Origin: an uncultured Chloroflexia bacterium
GTDB taxonomy: Bacteria > Chloroflexota > Anaerolineae > Anaerolineales > UBA4823
Length of the DNA: 64,000 bases
Direction of reading: 5' to 3'
Assembly (NCBI GenBank): GCA_963827155.1
Contig: CAWGZV010000002.1
Coordinates: 3,287,237 to 3,351,236 of the forward strand
The notes under the pieces are model-generated. The model saw only the letters and a program-made list of their open reading frames with translations, ran no database searches and had not been told where the DNA came from. Below, one piece after another: positions 1-9,201 of this stretch. Numbering within the stretch: position 1 is the first letter of the stretch; each line of letters opens with the position of its first letter. The position numbers were made by a program, and so were the translations under genes.

Positions 1-1257
1 AAGGGTAAAAAGGAGGTAGCTGCCTACAGGAACAGCCAGTTTCTTCGCCCCCTGTTCTGAGATCCAAGGTGAGACCAGTCGGATAAATCCTTCAGACAGC
101 GGTTCAGCATATAAGATCAATCCAAGGGTTGCCATGAATGAAAGCTGAAAGCTAACATCCCACAGCACATGCGGGCTGAAGAGCGCCATCAAACCTGCTG
201 CCGCAATGAGTGAATTTATCCCACTCGACCGTCGACCAATCCTCAGCGCAAAGACCCCCAGGCTTCCCATGATCGCAGCCCGCACCACCCCTCCACTCGC
301 ACCTGCCAACACCGCATAGCCCGCAATCCCCAATAATGCCAGCGGCAGGCTCTTCCAAAGTCCGAACAGTTTTCCAAACACAAAGACAAACAGCCCTGAG
401 ATAATCGCAAAGTTAAATCCAGAGATAGCAATGATGTGGGCGGTGCCCGTCTGGCGAAAATCTTCTAACACCGGTTCAGGAATGCCCGTCTCAATCCCTA
501 ACAGGATCCCAGCCAGCAGCGCCGCTTCAGGATCGGGCAGGATTCTGTGGACCACCTCGAGCGCCTTCCGTCTCACGGAAAAGATTGCACCCTTCAACCT
601 GCTTCCTTCCCCAACCCCAAGCAGCTGAACGCATTCTGCGGCTTTAGCCTTGGGGCAGGTCATGGTCGAGTAGATTCCAAGATGCTCTAAATAAGTGCGG
701 TAGGAGAATTCTTCACTCTCTCCGGGTGTTGCCAGGTGTCCTTCCAATCTTATCCGATCCCCGTAGCGCCAATCTCGTCCTGGGGGAGTGCGCATCAACA
801 GCCTGCCGTAAACCGAGATCGACATCCCAGTCTCTATTGCATGAAGTCTATCCGATTCCACTTCGAACAGTGTGTATGCATCCCGAAATTCGGGGTCGGT
901 GTCGATCACCCCCTCCACCACGATACGCCCCACCTGGTCGTTGTACCAGGCAAGGTGTCTCGGATCAATTTCCGGTGTTGCAGCTTGAAGTCGGAATCCG
1001 CCCAGCAGGAAGACGAGCGGCAGGCAGGGGATAACCAATCCGGGCAGCAGCGCCTCTGAATCCTCCGGCCAGCGCTTGGAAAGCCATCCCATCAATCCAC
1101 CTGCTGCCGCTCGGTTTCTCGCTTTCAAATGCGCTGCGAACAGGACTAAGAAGGAACACCCCGATCCAGCTACGATCCAGGTTGGAAAAGATCCCCCGAT
1201 CCACCAGGTTGTAGCGATGCCAAACAGGAACGCTCCGCTCAGCCACATCAGCGGCAT
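1..1257 (-). CDS. comEC: ComEC/Rec2-family DNA internalization (competence) protein, N-terminal ~419 codons; the 3' end lies outside the window
   Basis: Absent from the ORF track because the frame has no stop inside the window. My translation from ATG 1257 (in-frame TGA upstream at 1282-1284) gives MPLMWLSGAFLFGIATTWW... It continues through an OB-fold-like segment (GRIVVEGVIDTDPEFRDAYTLFEVESDRL) and the ComEC membrane core TGTAHIIAISGFNFAII...LAGASGGVVRAAIMGSLGVFAL. I checked the frame codon by codon over 1-480 and it is open. Confidence 0.7.
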   Translation of the reverse strand, partial: MPLMWLSGAFLFGIATTWWIGGSFPTWIVAGSGCSFLVLFAAHLKARNRAAAGGLMGWLSKRWPEDSEALLPGLVIPCLPLVFLLGGFRLQAATPEIDPRHLAWYNDQVGRIVVEGVIDTDPEFRDAYTLFEVESDRLHAIETGMSISVYGRLLMRTPPGRDWRYGDRIRLEGHLATPGESEEFSYRTYLEHLGIYSTMTCPKAKAAECVQLLGVGEGSRLKGAIFSVRRKALEVVHRILPDPEAALLAGILLGIETGIPEPVLEDFRQTGTAHIIAISGFNFAIISGLFVFVFGKLFGLWKSLPLALLGIAGYAVLAGASGGVVRAAIMGSLGVFALRIGRRSSGINSLIAAAGLMALFSPHVLWDVSFQLSFMATLGLILYAEPLSEGFIRLVSPWISEQGAKKLAVPVGSYLLFTL

Positions 1258-1496
1258 GATTGTTATTATAATTCCGGAATTTCATCTACGAACAGCCTTG
1301 TGCTCTCTGCCAGCTTGAACGACTCGTTTTTATTTTGGGCTTATGAATGAGAACATGCTTAAGGTCTTAACATTCCTACTTTAATTGGCTATACTATGGG
1401 ATGGAATTCGGGTGGTTTGTGCGGCGATTAAACGGGAATACTGGGGGCGGCTGCTTGATCCACACTGGATAAACCTGACATCTCGGGAGGAGAGCT

Positions 1497-2195
1497 GTGG
1501 CGCTCATTCTGCTAGTAGACGATGAACAACTGATCACCAACTCGCTTACCTACAGCCTGAAGCGAGAGGGCTTTGATGTTGCCAATGTGGCAGATGGAAT
1601 TTCCGCGATCAAAGCTGTCGAAGAGCTCAATCCAGATCTGATCGTGCTTGATCTCATGCTCCCCGATATCAGCGGATTCGAGGTCTGCCGTCGACTGCGC
1701 ACCTTCACCGCCACGCCGGTCATCATGCTCACGGCGCGTGGAGAAGAGATCGATCGAGTCCTCGGTTTGGAAGTAGGCGCCGATGATTACCTGGCAAAAC
1801 CATTTTCCTTTCGCGAGCTTCTGGCACGCATCCAGGCGATGCTCAGAAGAGTTCAGCTCGACCGCCAGGTCTCCCAACCTCAGCCGATCTCCACCCATCA
1901 GCTGAGCCTTGACCCGGTCGCCAGGCGCACCTGGAGAGGCGATCAGGAGCTCCAGCTTTCGGCGCGCGAATTCGATTTGCTCACAGTTTTGATGAAAAAT
2001 GCTGGTCGGGCGATGAGCCGCGACGAGTTGATCAAACTGGTGTGGGGCGACGATTGGGTCGGTGATCCGCGAACCCTGGATGTCCATGTCCGATGGCTGC
2101 GCCTGAAGATCGAAGAAGATCCCGCCAGCCCTCAATATATTCAAACTGTTCGAGGTTATGGGTATCGTTTTGCAGGACCAGAAGAACTCATCTGA
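1497..2195 (+). CDS. OmpR-family two-component response regulator
   Basis: GTG start. Receiver domain (LVDDE..., LIVLDLMLPD, LTAR) followed by a winged-helix output domain (YIQTVRGYGYRF). Confidence 0.9.
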   Translation: MALILLVDDEQLITNSLTYSLKREGFDVANVADGISAIKAVEELNPDLIVLDLMLPDISGFEVCRRLRTFTATPVIMLTARGEEIDRVLGLEVGADDYLAKPFSFRELLARIQAMLRRVQLDRQVSQPQPISTHQLSLDPVARRTWRGDQELQLSAREFDLLTVLMKNAGRAMSRDELIKLVWGDDWVGDPRTLDVHVRWLRLKIEEDPASPQYIQTVRGYGYRFAGPEELI

Positions 2196-3666
2196 AGATA
2201 AAAAAAAACGTTTTGCCAGCCTTTACCAAAAACTGAGCAATTCCTTAAATTCCCGCCTGGTGCTCTCTCACCTGGCGGTCTCCCTTGTCAGCATTGTCCT
2301 TATGGCGGCTTTCACGGGACGTTATATCTTTCAAGCTGCCAATTTTGAGTTAGAGCACAATCTGCAAGACCTGGCTTTCACAGCTGCCAATGCCATTGAG
2401 CTTCCAATCCAGGAGGTCCAGGAAGGTCGCGCTCAGCCTTCCTATATTCGCGATCTTCTTACCCGTATGTTTGCAGACAATGAAGCGATGGCGTTCTCTG
2501 TGTATTATCCCGATGGGCGTCCGCTAATATCCAGCGATGTCAATGTCCCGCCAAACGCGTCTCGGGCGAACGCACCAGAGGTCATCGATGCACTCGAGAG
2601 CGATATTGGCCGCGGCGTCAGCGTCCGTGGCTACCGTGGCGAACCGTATATGTATATGGCTGTCCTCGTTCAGCGCGAGATAGAAGTCATTGCGATCCTT
2701 CGCCTGGCTGTGCCAATGACTCCAACTCGCGAGGCAGCCCGCCAATCATTCCTGATCATGATGCTGGTTGCGCTGATTATTGCCTCGGGCGTCAGCCTGG
2801 TCGGTTGGATCCTTGCTAAAAACCTTGCCCGTCCTATCCAGGTTCTGACAAATGCCGCAGAACACATGGAGCATGGCGATCTGGGGGTGCGCGTTAAGCC
2901 CTCTGGTCCTAGAGAGCTGCACCGCCTTGCCGAAGCTTTCAACAGCATGGCAAGCCGTCTGCAGTCCAATGTGAACGAGCTTCGAGCTTTCGTTGCCAAC
3001 GCCAGTCACGAGCTGCGCACCCCGCTCACCGTCGTAAAGCTGCGCGCCGAGGCTCTCCGCGAAGGCGCCCTGGACGACCCAGATGTCGCCGAGAAATTCT
3101 TGCAAGAGATTGATACGGAGATCGATCGCCTGGTGCGGATGGTTAACGATTTGCTTGACCTCTCCCGAATGGAAGCCGGGATGGATGCTGGCAAGCCAGT
3201 CCCGGTCAACCTCAATGCGATTGCCCATGAGGTTTATGAGACCTTCAAGATCAGGGCGAAACGTGCAGAAGTGGATCTTAAATTGGAGGTAGAGCCCAAC
3301 CTTCCCCCGGTAATGGGCTATGAAGACCAGCTTCGTCGCGTGTTCTACAATTTACTCGAGAATGCAATCCGATATACCCCCAGTGACGGGCAGGTTGAGC
3401 TTTTACTGCGGGCGGGTCCAAACCCCAAATCGATCCGCTTTCTTGTCCGCGATACCGGACCGGGAATCTCCCCTGAGCATCTTGTTCACGTCTTTGAGCG
3501 CTTCTACCGCGCTGAGACCACCCAGCCCCGTCCAGGGCTTGCGCGTGGCAGCGGGCTTGGACTCGCGATCGTTAAATCGATCGTCGAGAACCATGGGGGT
3601 GAAATTGGGGTTAGCAGCCAGATTGGAAACGGCACTACCTTTTGGGCCGATCTACCCACTGTCTGA
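2158..3666 (+). CDS. Sensor histidine kinase (TM-sensor-TM, HAMP, HisKA, HATPase_c), partner of the upstream regulator
   Basis: H-box ASHELRTPLT, N/G boxes (LLENAIRYTP, DTGPGI, GSGLGLAIV). Two hydrophobic segments flank a putative extracytoplasmic region. Overlaps the regulator gene by 38 nt. Confidence 0.9.
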   Translation: MGIVLQDQKNSSEDKKKRFASLYQKLSNSLNSRLVLSHLAVSLVSIVLMAAFTGRYIFQAANFELEHNLQDLAFTAANAIELPIQEVQEGRAQPSYIRDLLTRMFADNEAMAFSVYYPDGRPLISSDVNVPPNASRANAPEVIDALESDIGRGVSVRGYRGEPYMYMAVLVQREIEVIAILRLAVPMTPTREAARQSFLIMMLVALIIASGVSLVGWILAKNLARPIQVLTNAAEHMEHGDLGVRVKPSGPRELHRLAEAFNSMASRLQSNVNELRAFVANASHELRTPLTVVKLRAEALREGALDDPDVAEKFLQEIDTEIDRLVRMVNDLLDLSRMEAGMDAGKPVPVNLNAIAHEVYETFKIRAKRAEVDLKLEVEPNLPPVMGYEDQLRRVFYNLLENAIRYTPSDGQVELLLRAGPNPKSIRFLVRDTGPGISPEHLVHVFERFYRAETTQPRPGLARGSGLGLAIVKSIVENHGGEIGVSSQIGNGTTFWADLPTV

Positions 3667-4329
3667 TTTAGGCGGAACATAGGTTGAACCATCTGGCAAG
3701 ATCGCATCTGTCATCTTAGCGCCTTCCAGGTTGGTATCCTGCATCTCTGCCCCGGTTAAAATTGCTTCGCGCAAATCTGCCCCGCTTAAGTTGGCTGCGG
3801 TGAGGTCGGCTTTCGATAGATTGGCGCCTACAAGATTTGCGCCGCTCAGGTTGGTCTCGAACATATTCGCCATCGACAGATCTGCCCCGCTTAAATTTGC
3901 TCCAGAAAAGTTTGATTTGCTCAAGTCTGCTCTGGATAGGTTGCTGTTATTCAGATTCGCCCGGATCAGGGTGGCTTTGCTCACATTTGCCCGGCTCAGG
4001 TTTGCTTCCACAATCGTTGCATCTACCAGCTCCACCTTCCCGAGGTCGGCCCGAGTCAAGTTGCAGCGGGTTAGATTCGCCTCATTCATATTTGCTCGCT
4101 GAAGGTGGGCTTCGAATAGATTTGCCATGTTCATATCAGCCCGGCGTAGGTCAGCCCCCGCAAAGGTCGCCCAATTTAAGTCTGCGCGGCTGAAATTCGC
4201 CATCCCCAGCTTGCATTCGCTGAAGTCAACCCAATACAGGGATGCGCCGCTTAGATCAATCTTGACCAGGTAAAGCGGTCTCGGCCGGTTTAATAAATCA
4301 AGAATCTGGTATGGGTTAAGGGTCGTCAT
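3652..4329 (-). CDS. Pentapeptide-repeat protein (Qnr/MfpA-sized, 225 aa)
   Basis: Almost the whole ORF is A(D/N)LxX-type pentapeptide repeats (ANLSGADLSMANMFETNLSGANLVGANLSKADL...). Confidence 0.85.
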   Translation of the reverse strand: MTTLNPYQILDLLNRPRPLYLVKIDLSGASLYWVDFSECKLGMANFSRADLNWATFAGADLRRADMNMANLFEAHLQRANMNEANLTRCNLTRADLGKVELVDATIVEANLSRANVSKATLIRANLNNSNLSRADLSKSNFSGANLSGADLSMANMFETNLSGANLVGANLSKADLTAANLSGADLREAILTGAEMQDTNLEGAKMTDAILPDGSTYVPPKSDSG

Positions 4330-4368
4330 AAGTTTTCTCCCAGGGAATCAAAATAACTAACCTTGAGC

Positions 4369-5184
4369 TCAAACACACATCTCGCCGTGAGCGTCAGCCA
4401 AAGATTTACGCACCGCCTCACACCGCTCACAGTATGAACGATCGCACAGCAGCGCCAACGAATCTTCTCGAATCTTTCTTTCTGCTGCTACTACCAGGCC
4501 TTCCAGTGGAATTGCCTGAATTCGTCCAAGGCCCAGACGGACCTGGCAGGTGATCGCTTCCAGGCTTGGAGCGAGAGCCGGGAATCCATCCGAACATCCG
4601 GGGAACTTCGAACATTCGACCACACCATCGACAGTCAGCGCCCAGCGCACGAACTGCTTGCGCCCACTCAGACCTTCTGCATAATGAATGCTTGTATTCA
4701 CATCGTGGTCCACTCCCAGCAGCATCACCCAGCCGCGTTCCTCCAGCATCAGCCGGATCGGTTTTAGCGGCTCCTGGAGCGTCTGGCTATCCAAAATCGC
4801 ATCCGCTCCAATCCCAACAAAGGATAGGATCGGATGCACCGAGCGTCTCGCTCTTTCATGCCGGCGCATCGCCTCAGGAACAGCTCCCATTAATCGGTCG
4901 ACGCCCATCAGGGGGTCAAAAATCTGCGCCATCTGGTTCGCATCCCTGTGCTGCCCATAAGTCATCCCGTTATTCGCCGGACCGCACTCCGGGGTTACCA
5001 TCGTCTTATAGGTAAAGCTAGGCATTAAGACCTTTCCACAGCGGTCCACCAACGCCCGCACCAGCCCTTCGGCGCCTCCCTTCAGATAACCAAACGAGGA
5101 GAGGGATGCATGCGCGATGATTGGGACGCCTTTCGGGATCTCAAGCGTATTCAGAGCTGCCTGAAGCTCAGCGCTTTCGATCAT
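4369..5184 (-). CDS. AAC(3)/Antibiotic_NAT-family N-acetyltransferase-like protein
   Basis: Family-like pattern: IIAHASLSSFGYLKGGAEGLVRALVDRCGKVLMPSFTY and LLGVDHDVNTSIHYAE. The start ATG overlaps the upstream stop (ATGA). The substrate is not established. Confidence 0.6.
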   Translation of the reverse strand: MIESAELQAALNTLEIPKGVPIIAHASLSSFGYLKGGAEGLVRALVDRCGKVLMPSFTYKTMVTPECGPANNGMTYGQHRDANQMAQIFDPLMGVDRLMGAVPEAMRRHERARRSVHPILSFVGIGADAILDSQTLQEPLKPIRLMLEERGWVMLLGVDHDVNTSIHYAEGLSGRKQFVRWALTVDGVVECSKFPGCSDGFPALAPSLEAITCQVRLGLGRIQAIPLEGLVVAAERKIREDSLALLCDRSYCERCEAVRKSLADAHGEMCV

Positions 5185-5957
5185 TCACCTTTCCAGGTTG
5201 GTTTTCTCTTTTCAATGAAGGCTTTCATCCCTTCCTTTTGATCTTGCGTGTTAAAAAGCAAGTAGAAGGATCTTCGCTCGGCGGAGATCCCGTTGGAGAG
5301 AGGGGTCTCGAAGGCGTTGTTCACCGCTTCCTTTGCTAAGCGGAGCGCAATCGGCGCCCGATTCGCGATTTCATCAGCCAGGCTTAAGGCTGCCTCCAGG
5401 AATCGCTCAACCGGCACCACGCGGTTGACCAGCCCGTAATGAAGCGCCTCCTGCGCATCGATAGTTCGGTTATTCAACACCATTTCCATTGCGATCGCTT
5501 TGCCGACCGCCCTTGTCAGCCGCTGGGTGCCACCTGCGCCAGGAATTACCCCAATAGTGATCTCCGGTTGTCCAAACCGGGCGGTTTCGGAGGCAACAAT
5601 CATATCGCACGACAGCGCCAGCTCGTTCCCACCCCCAAGGCACCACCCTGAAACTGCCGCAATCACCGGTTTCCGGATTTTGCGAATGCGGTCAAATTGG
5701 GAGATTGTGTCCTCGGCCAGCATCTGGACGGTCGAAGATTCTGCCATCCCTTTGATGTCCGCTCCAGCTGCGAAAGCCTTTTCGTTCCCGGTGATCACCA
5801 TCGCCCCAACTTGGGCGTCCTCATCGAATTTCTCCAGCGCATCCATCAGTTCGATCACCAACGGATTGCTGAGCGCGTTCAAAACTTGCGGCCGATTAAG
5901 CGTCGCCAACCCCACCCGCCCCCTGACTTCAGCCAGAACCAGGTTCTCTGCGCCCAT
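5181..5957 (-). CDS. Enoyl-CoA hydratase/isomerase (crotonase) family protein
   Basis: Crotonase fold motifs: FAAGADIKGM, GWCLGGGNELALSCDMIVAS, ETARFGQPEITIGVIPGAGGTQRL. Confidence 0.85.
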   Translation of the reverse strand: MGAENLVLAEVRGRVGLATLNRPQVLNALSNPLVIELMDALEKFDEDAQVGAMVITGNEKAFAAGADIKGMAESSTVQMLAEDTISQFDRIRKIRKPVIAAVSGWCLGGGNELALSCDMIVASETARFGQPEITIGVIPGAGGTQRLTRAVGKAIAMEMVLNNRTIDAQEALHYGLVNRVVPVERFLEAALSLADEIANRAPIALRLAKEAVNNAFETPLSNGISAERRSFYLLFNTQDQKEGMKAFIEKRKPTWKGE

Positions 5958-6730
5958 TTTTCCTCCTTTGCTTTTCCTGGTCGCTCTTGCGATAACCCTT
6001 TCCTGTCACTTCAAACCGCTTACCCCTTTTGAAAACCAGGCCGTTCAAATCCTCCGCCATTGGGCTGCATAAATATAGCATCAACGCGCCGACTTGCTCG
6101 TTATTTCCCCACTCTCCCACGCAGGAAGGCTCACAGTCACCGACCACGTGCACCCTGATGCGGTATTCTCCCAACTCCTTGGCAGCTGCTCTTGCCAGCC
6201 CGAGCAAGCCCATCTTGCTTGCCAGGGACGCAGCGCTTCCATTCGCATCCATATCGTGTTCATCCAAGAACCCGCCATTATCAAGGCAGTAGAGGATCAC
6301 GCCTCCTTCATGTTCTCGCATAGCTCTGCCTACAAGCTGGGTCAAGAAGAAGGGTCCGTTCAAGTTTAACATCCTGAGTTCTCCGCCAATCCCATTCATC
6401 GGTTTCAAAAACCGAACGCTGAAGGTGAACTCTCGCATGGTTTATCAGCACATCGATCTTCCCAAAATCATCTAGCACCTGGTTCACCAGGATTTGAGCA
6501 GGCATCATCTTAGAGATGTCGCTGATATATTCCTTCGCCTTACCCCCCTGCTCTAGGATCATTTCCAGGGTCTTATCCAGATTTATTGGGGTAATATCAT
6601 TCGCCGCAATGATCGCTCCATTAGCGGCGAAAGCCAAAGCGGCTGCTCTTCCAAGCCCTCGTCCTGCACCGGTGATTAAGACCACTTTGCGTTCGAAATC
6701 CATCGAGTCATCCACCAAATGGCGCGTCAA
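5929..6730 (-). pseudogene. Short-chain dehydrogenase/reductase, reading frame interrupted as sequenced (fragments 6308..6730 and 5929..6438)
   Basis: The N-terminal fragment has the Rossmann motif VVLITGAGRGLG and IDVLINHA. The C-terminal fragment continues with NLNGPFFLTQ. Removing one base of the run at 6365-6367 rejoins them (...RRTQDV|NLNGPFF...). The YxxxK position reads SLASK, so Tyr is replaced by Ser. ATG 6730 overlaps the M23 stop (ATGA). Confidence 0.7.
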
Positions 6731-7455
6731 TCCTCCAAGCAGGTCGGAATCTGGTCCGGGTTGGTTTTGGCATTCAACGCCAGTCCCAGATAGGGGGATG
6801 GATCCAGCGTATTTTGAATTTCAAGTTCGTTTAAGAATTGCCCCTCCCCATCATCTCGCACAATCGAAAAATGTAAATGGACGCCGACCGGGTTGCCAGC
6901 TTGCCCTGAATAGTTGCCCTGGAATCCGAGCAGCTTTCCCGCTTCAATCGGCACCTCTCGAGTTCCCGGAGGAAATTCATCACTAATCGTCAATTCGCCA
7001 TCGGGATCAGCCATATGGGTGTAGTAGGCCCAGATCTGTCTACCGGGGTGAAGCGGGTCTTCTGGGATTCGGACGATCACCGATGACTTCCAGTCCGGCA
7101 GGCGGGTCAGGTAGCCAGCATATGCGGCGTAAACCGGAGTCTCGTTTACCTCTCCACCGCCGAAAATGTCAATTCCCTGGTGCCGATGACCGGCTCGAAA
7201 TAAGTCGTCCCACAGAAATCCAATCAAGCCGCGCGTGGGCATCTGAAATGGGGCGTCACCGCAGATCGCTCCAGCCCGAACCGCCCAAACATCATGTTTC
7301 TGCGCTTCCCTTAACCAAGTCAGTACCCAATCCGTTCGCCTGCTCGCGCCGGACCGGCTCCGGTATACCCAGGCCGCGGTTCCAATCAGGATCACTATCG
7401 GGATCACCACCAGCAAGCCAGTTCCCATGCGCTGCCAGCTCGACTTTTTCGTCAC
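6727..7455 (-). CDS. Membrane-anchored M23 (LytM-type) metallopeptidase
   Basis: N-terminal TM segment (LLVVIPIVILIGTAAWV). M23 motifs HQGIDIFGG, YAAYAGYL and GVHLHFSI. Confidence 0.85.
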   Translation of the reverse strand: MTKKSSWQRMGTGLLVVIPIVILIGTAAWVYRSRSGASRRTDWVLTWLREAQKHDVWAVRAGAICGDAPFQMPTRGLIGFLWDDLFRAGHRHQGIDIFGGGEVNETPVYAAYAGYLTRLPDWKSSVIVRIPEDPLHPGRQIWAYYTHMADPDGELTISDEFPPGTREVPIEAGKLLGFQGNYSGQAGNPVGVHLHFSIVRDDGEGQFLNELEIQNTLDPSPYLGLALNAKTNPDQIPTCLED

Positions 7456-7817
7456 ATGCTGTCCGCAGTTTTGTAAGCAAGGATATGGGTGAGGTCGTCT
7501 TCCTTGTGATCTGCCAGGAAGAGGATCATCCTTCCGCCTGTCATATTTTGGATCAGCTTCCCTGCGGCCTGACCTTGAGGCGACGCTAATGCCTTCTCGG
7601 CGTCTGCCAGTGTGTTGAAGAAAAGCTCATGCACCTGCCCAACCCTACAGTCCCCATAGAGAAAACGGTCGATCCGGCTTGTTGCCTCGCGCTGGAGACC
7701 AGGCATCGTTTCCACCAGATGGAGGAATTCCGGCCAGCCCGATTCAAAAACCTGCCAATCTTCCTGTTGTTCAATCAGAATCATCAGCTTATGCATTTCG
7801 CTCCTTCCTTCGCCCAT
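7452..7817 (-). CDS. Small hypothetical protein (weak EthD/Dabb-like resemblance)
   Basis: First gene of a translationally coupled minus-strand operon; its stop overlaps the M23 start (ATGA). An alternative start is ATG 7796 (MHKLMILIEQ). No firm motif. Confidence 0.5.
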   Translation of the reverse strand: MGEGRSEMHKLMILIEQQEDWQVFESGWPEFLHLVETMPGLQREATSRIDRFLYGDCRVGQVHELFFNTLADAEKALASPQGQAAGKLIQNMTGGRMILFLADHKEDDLTHILAYKTADSM

Positions 7818-7867
7818 TATACTCGCGGGTCTTCAAATTCAAATCTGCTCGCTTTTCGGATTATGGT

Positions 7868-8305
7868 ATGATTTGGGACGCGATAATATTGGTGCTGGAG
7901 CATACCGGGATGGAAGAAAAGATCACAATTATTGAAGGACCTCCCCCTACTTTTGAAGTGGTAAGCGATGGATGGGCGCTCGGCTTGATCGAAAGCCCGC
8001 TGCTCTTTACAGTCAGCTTAACTCGGGTACGCACATTCAACGGACCGGCGCTGCTCGAACGATGCCACCGCGCCTGGCGGCACCATAGCACAATCCATCT
8101 TGAATATCGCGATGAAAACGGGCTTGATTTCGAAGCCCCAATCTTGGCGGCTCGCACCATCACTGTTGATGAAGGTCAAATGCTCCTGATGTGGGTCCAG
8201 ATGGAGATTAATCTTGAGGAAATCGATCCAGACAGCGACGATCTGGGGGATGACGATTTTGACAACGAAGATTTCGGTGACGATCTAAACTTCCCCGATC
8301 GCTAA
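7868..8305 (+). CDS. Hypothetical protein with a strongly acidic C-terminal tail
   Basis: The long ORF 7679..8305 overlaps the divergent gene, so the internal ATGs at 7868 or 7910 (MEEKITIIEGPPP) are more plausible starts. The tail is EEIDPDSDDLGDDDFDNEDFGDDLNFPDR. Confidence 0.55.
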   Translation: MIWDAIILVLEHTGMEEKITIIEGPPPTFEVVSDGWALGLIESPLLFTVSLTRVRTFNGPALLERCHRAWRHHSTIHLEYRDENGLDFEAPILAARTITVDEGQMLLMWVQMEINLEEIDPDSDDLGDDDFDNEDFGDDLNFPDR

Positions 8306-8371
8306 GTCTTATCCTAATCCATCCGATCTTTGAGCCCCTTGATTGCCTACTCAAGCCAGGGAGGGAGGGCG

Positions 8372-9151
8372 ATGTCTGATCCGGAAACCTTGAAAATCAA
8401 GCGGGACCAATCGGTTTTGGTCTTATCGATCGACCGTCCTAAGGTCAATGCCCTAAACCTGGATCTGGTCCTCCAGCTCCAAAATGCATTCCAGCTCGCT
8501 GAACGCGAGGTGGATATCCGTGCTGTTCTTCTCACTGGGGTAGGTAATACATTCAGTGCCGGGCAAGATATCTTCGAGATCCAGAAAGCGTCTGGGGAAT
8601 CCTTCAGCCGTCATCTCCAGGGTACTTACAATCCGCTTGTCCTGCAGATCCGGCGCCTGCCAAAACCTGTCATCGCGGCGATCAATGGTTCTGTGTCTGG
8701 CGCCGCCCTTGGACTCGCCCTGGCTTGCGACCTGCGCATTGGATCGGAAAATGCTCGTTTTATCGTCGGGTTCAATACCATCGGGCTTGTTCCCAATTCT
8801 GCTGTCTCTCTCCTGCTCCCTGTGCTGATCGGTCTCGGTCGGGCATCCGAGTTCACATTCACCAATGCGCCGATCAGTGCCTCACAAGCGCTGGAGTGGG
8901 GAATGGTGAACGAGATTGTGCCAGCTGACCAGTTTTATCAGCGGGCTTTTGCTCTGGCGGCCCAGCTTGCTGCTGGTCCGGTCATATCGATGGGACTAAC
9001 CAAGCGCCTTTTCAATAAAGCTGTGCTCCCGAACCTCGAACAGGTGCTTGATCATAAATCCCAACTGCAGGAAATTGCTTCAAAAACCGAGGAGCATGTC
9101 GAGGGAGTGGCAGCGTTCCTGGAAAAACGCCCTCCAGCATTCAAGTCGTAG
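8372..9151 (+). CDS. Enoyl-CoA hydratase/isomerase family protein
   Basis: Crotonase pattern (TFSAGQDI, INGSVSGAALGLALACDLRIG). ATG 8372 is preceded by GGGAGGGAGGG. The track start at 8330 is a TTG. Confidence 0.85.
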   Translation: MSDPETLKIKRDQSVLVLSIDRPKVNALNLDLVLQLQNAFQLAEREVDIRAVLLTGVGNTFSAGQDIFEIQKASGESFSRHLQGTYNPLVLQIRRLPKPVIAAINGSVSGAALGLALACDLRIGSENARFIVGFNTIGLVPNSAVSLLLPVLIGLGRASEFTFTNAPISASQALEWGMVNEIVPADQFYQRAFALAAQLAAGPVISMGLTKRLFNKAVLPNLEQVLDHKSQLQEIASKTEEHVEGVAAFLEKRPPAFKS

Positions 9152-9201
9152 GAAATCTCCCAGAAAAACCACCCTGCTGACCGCTGCCAAATCGCCTCAG
9201 C

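Noticed and set aside
1512-2144. Long antisense ORFs from the track: 1512..2144, 24330..24953, 38876..39481, 41489..41947, 44400..45056, 54881..55363, 62850..63332, 63124..63624 and many shorter ones
   Set aside because: Each lies entirely opposite a gene with strong family motifs. They have Arg/Ser/Gly/Pro-rich, motif-free translations typical of the reverse frames of GC-rich coding DNA. None has a convincing SD.
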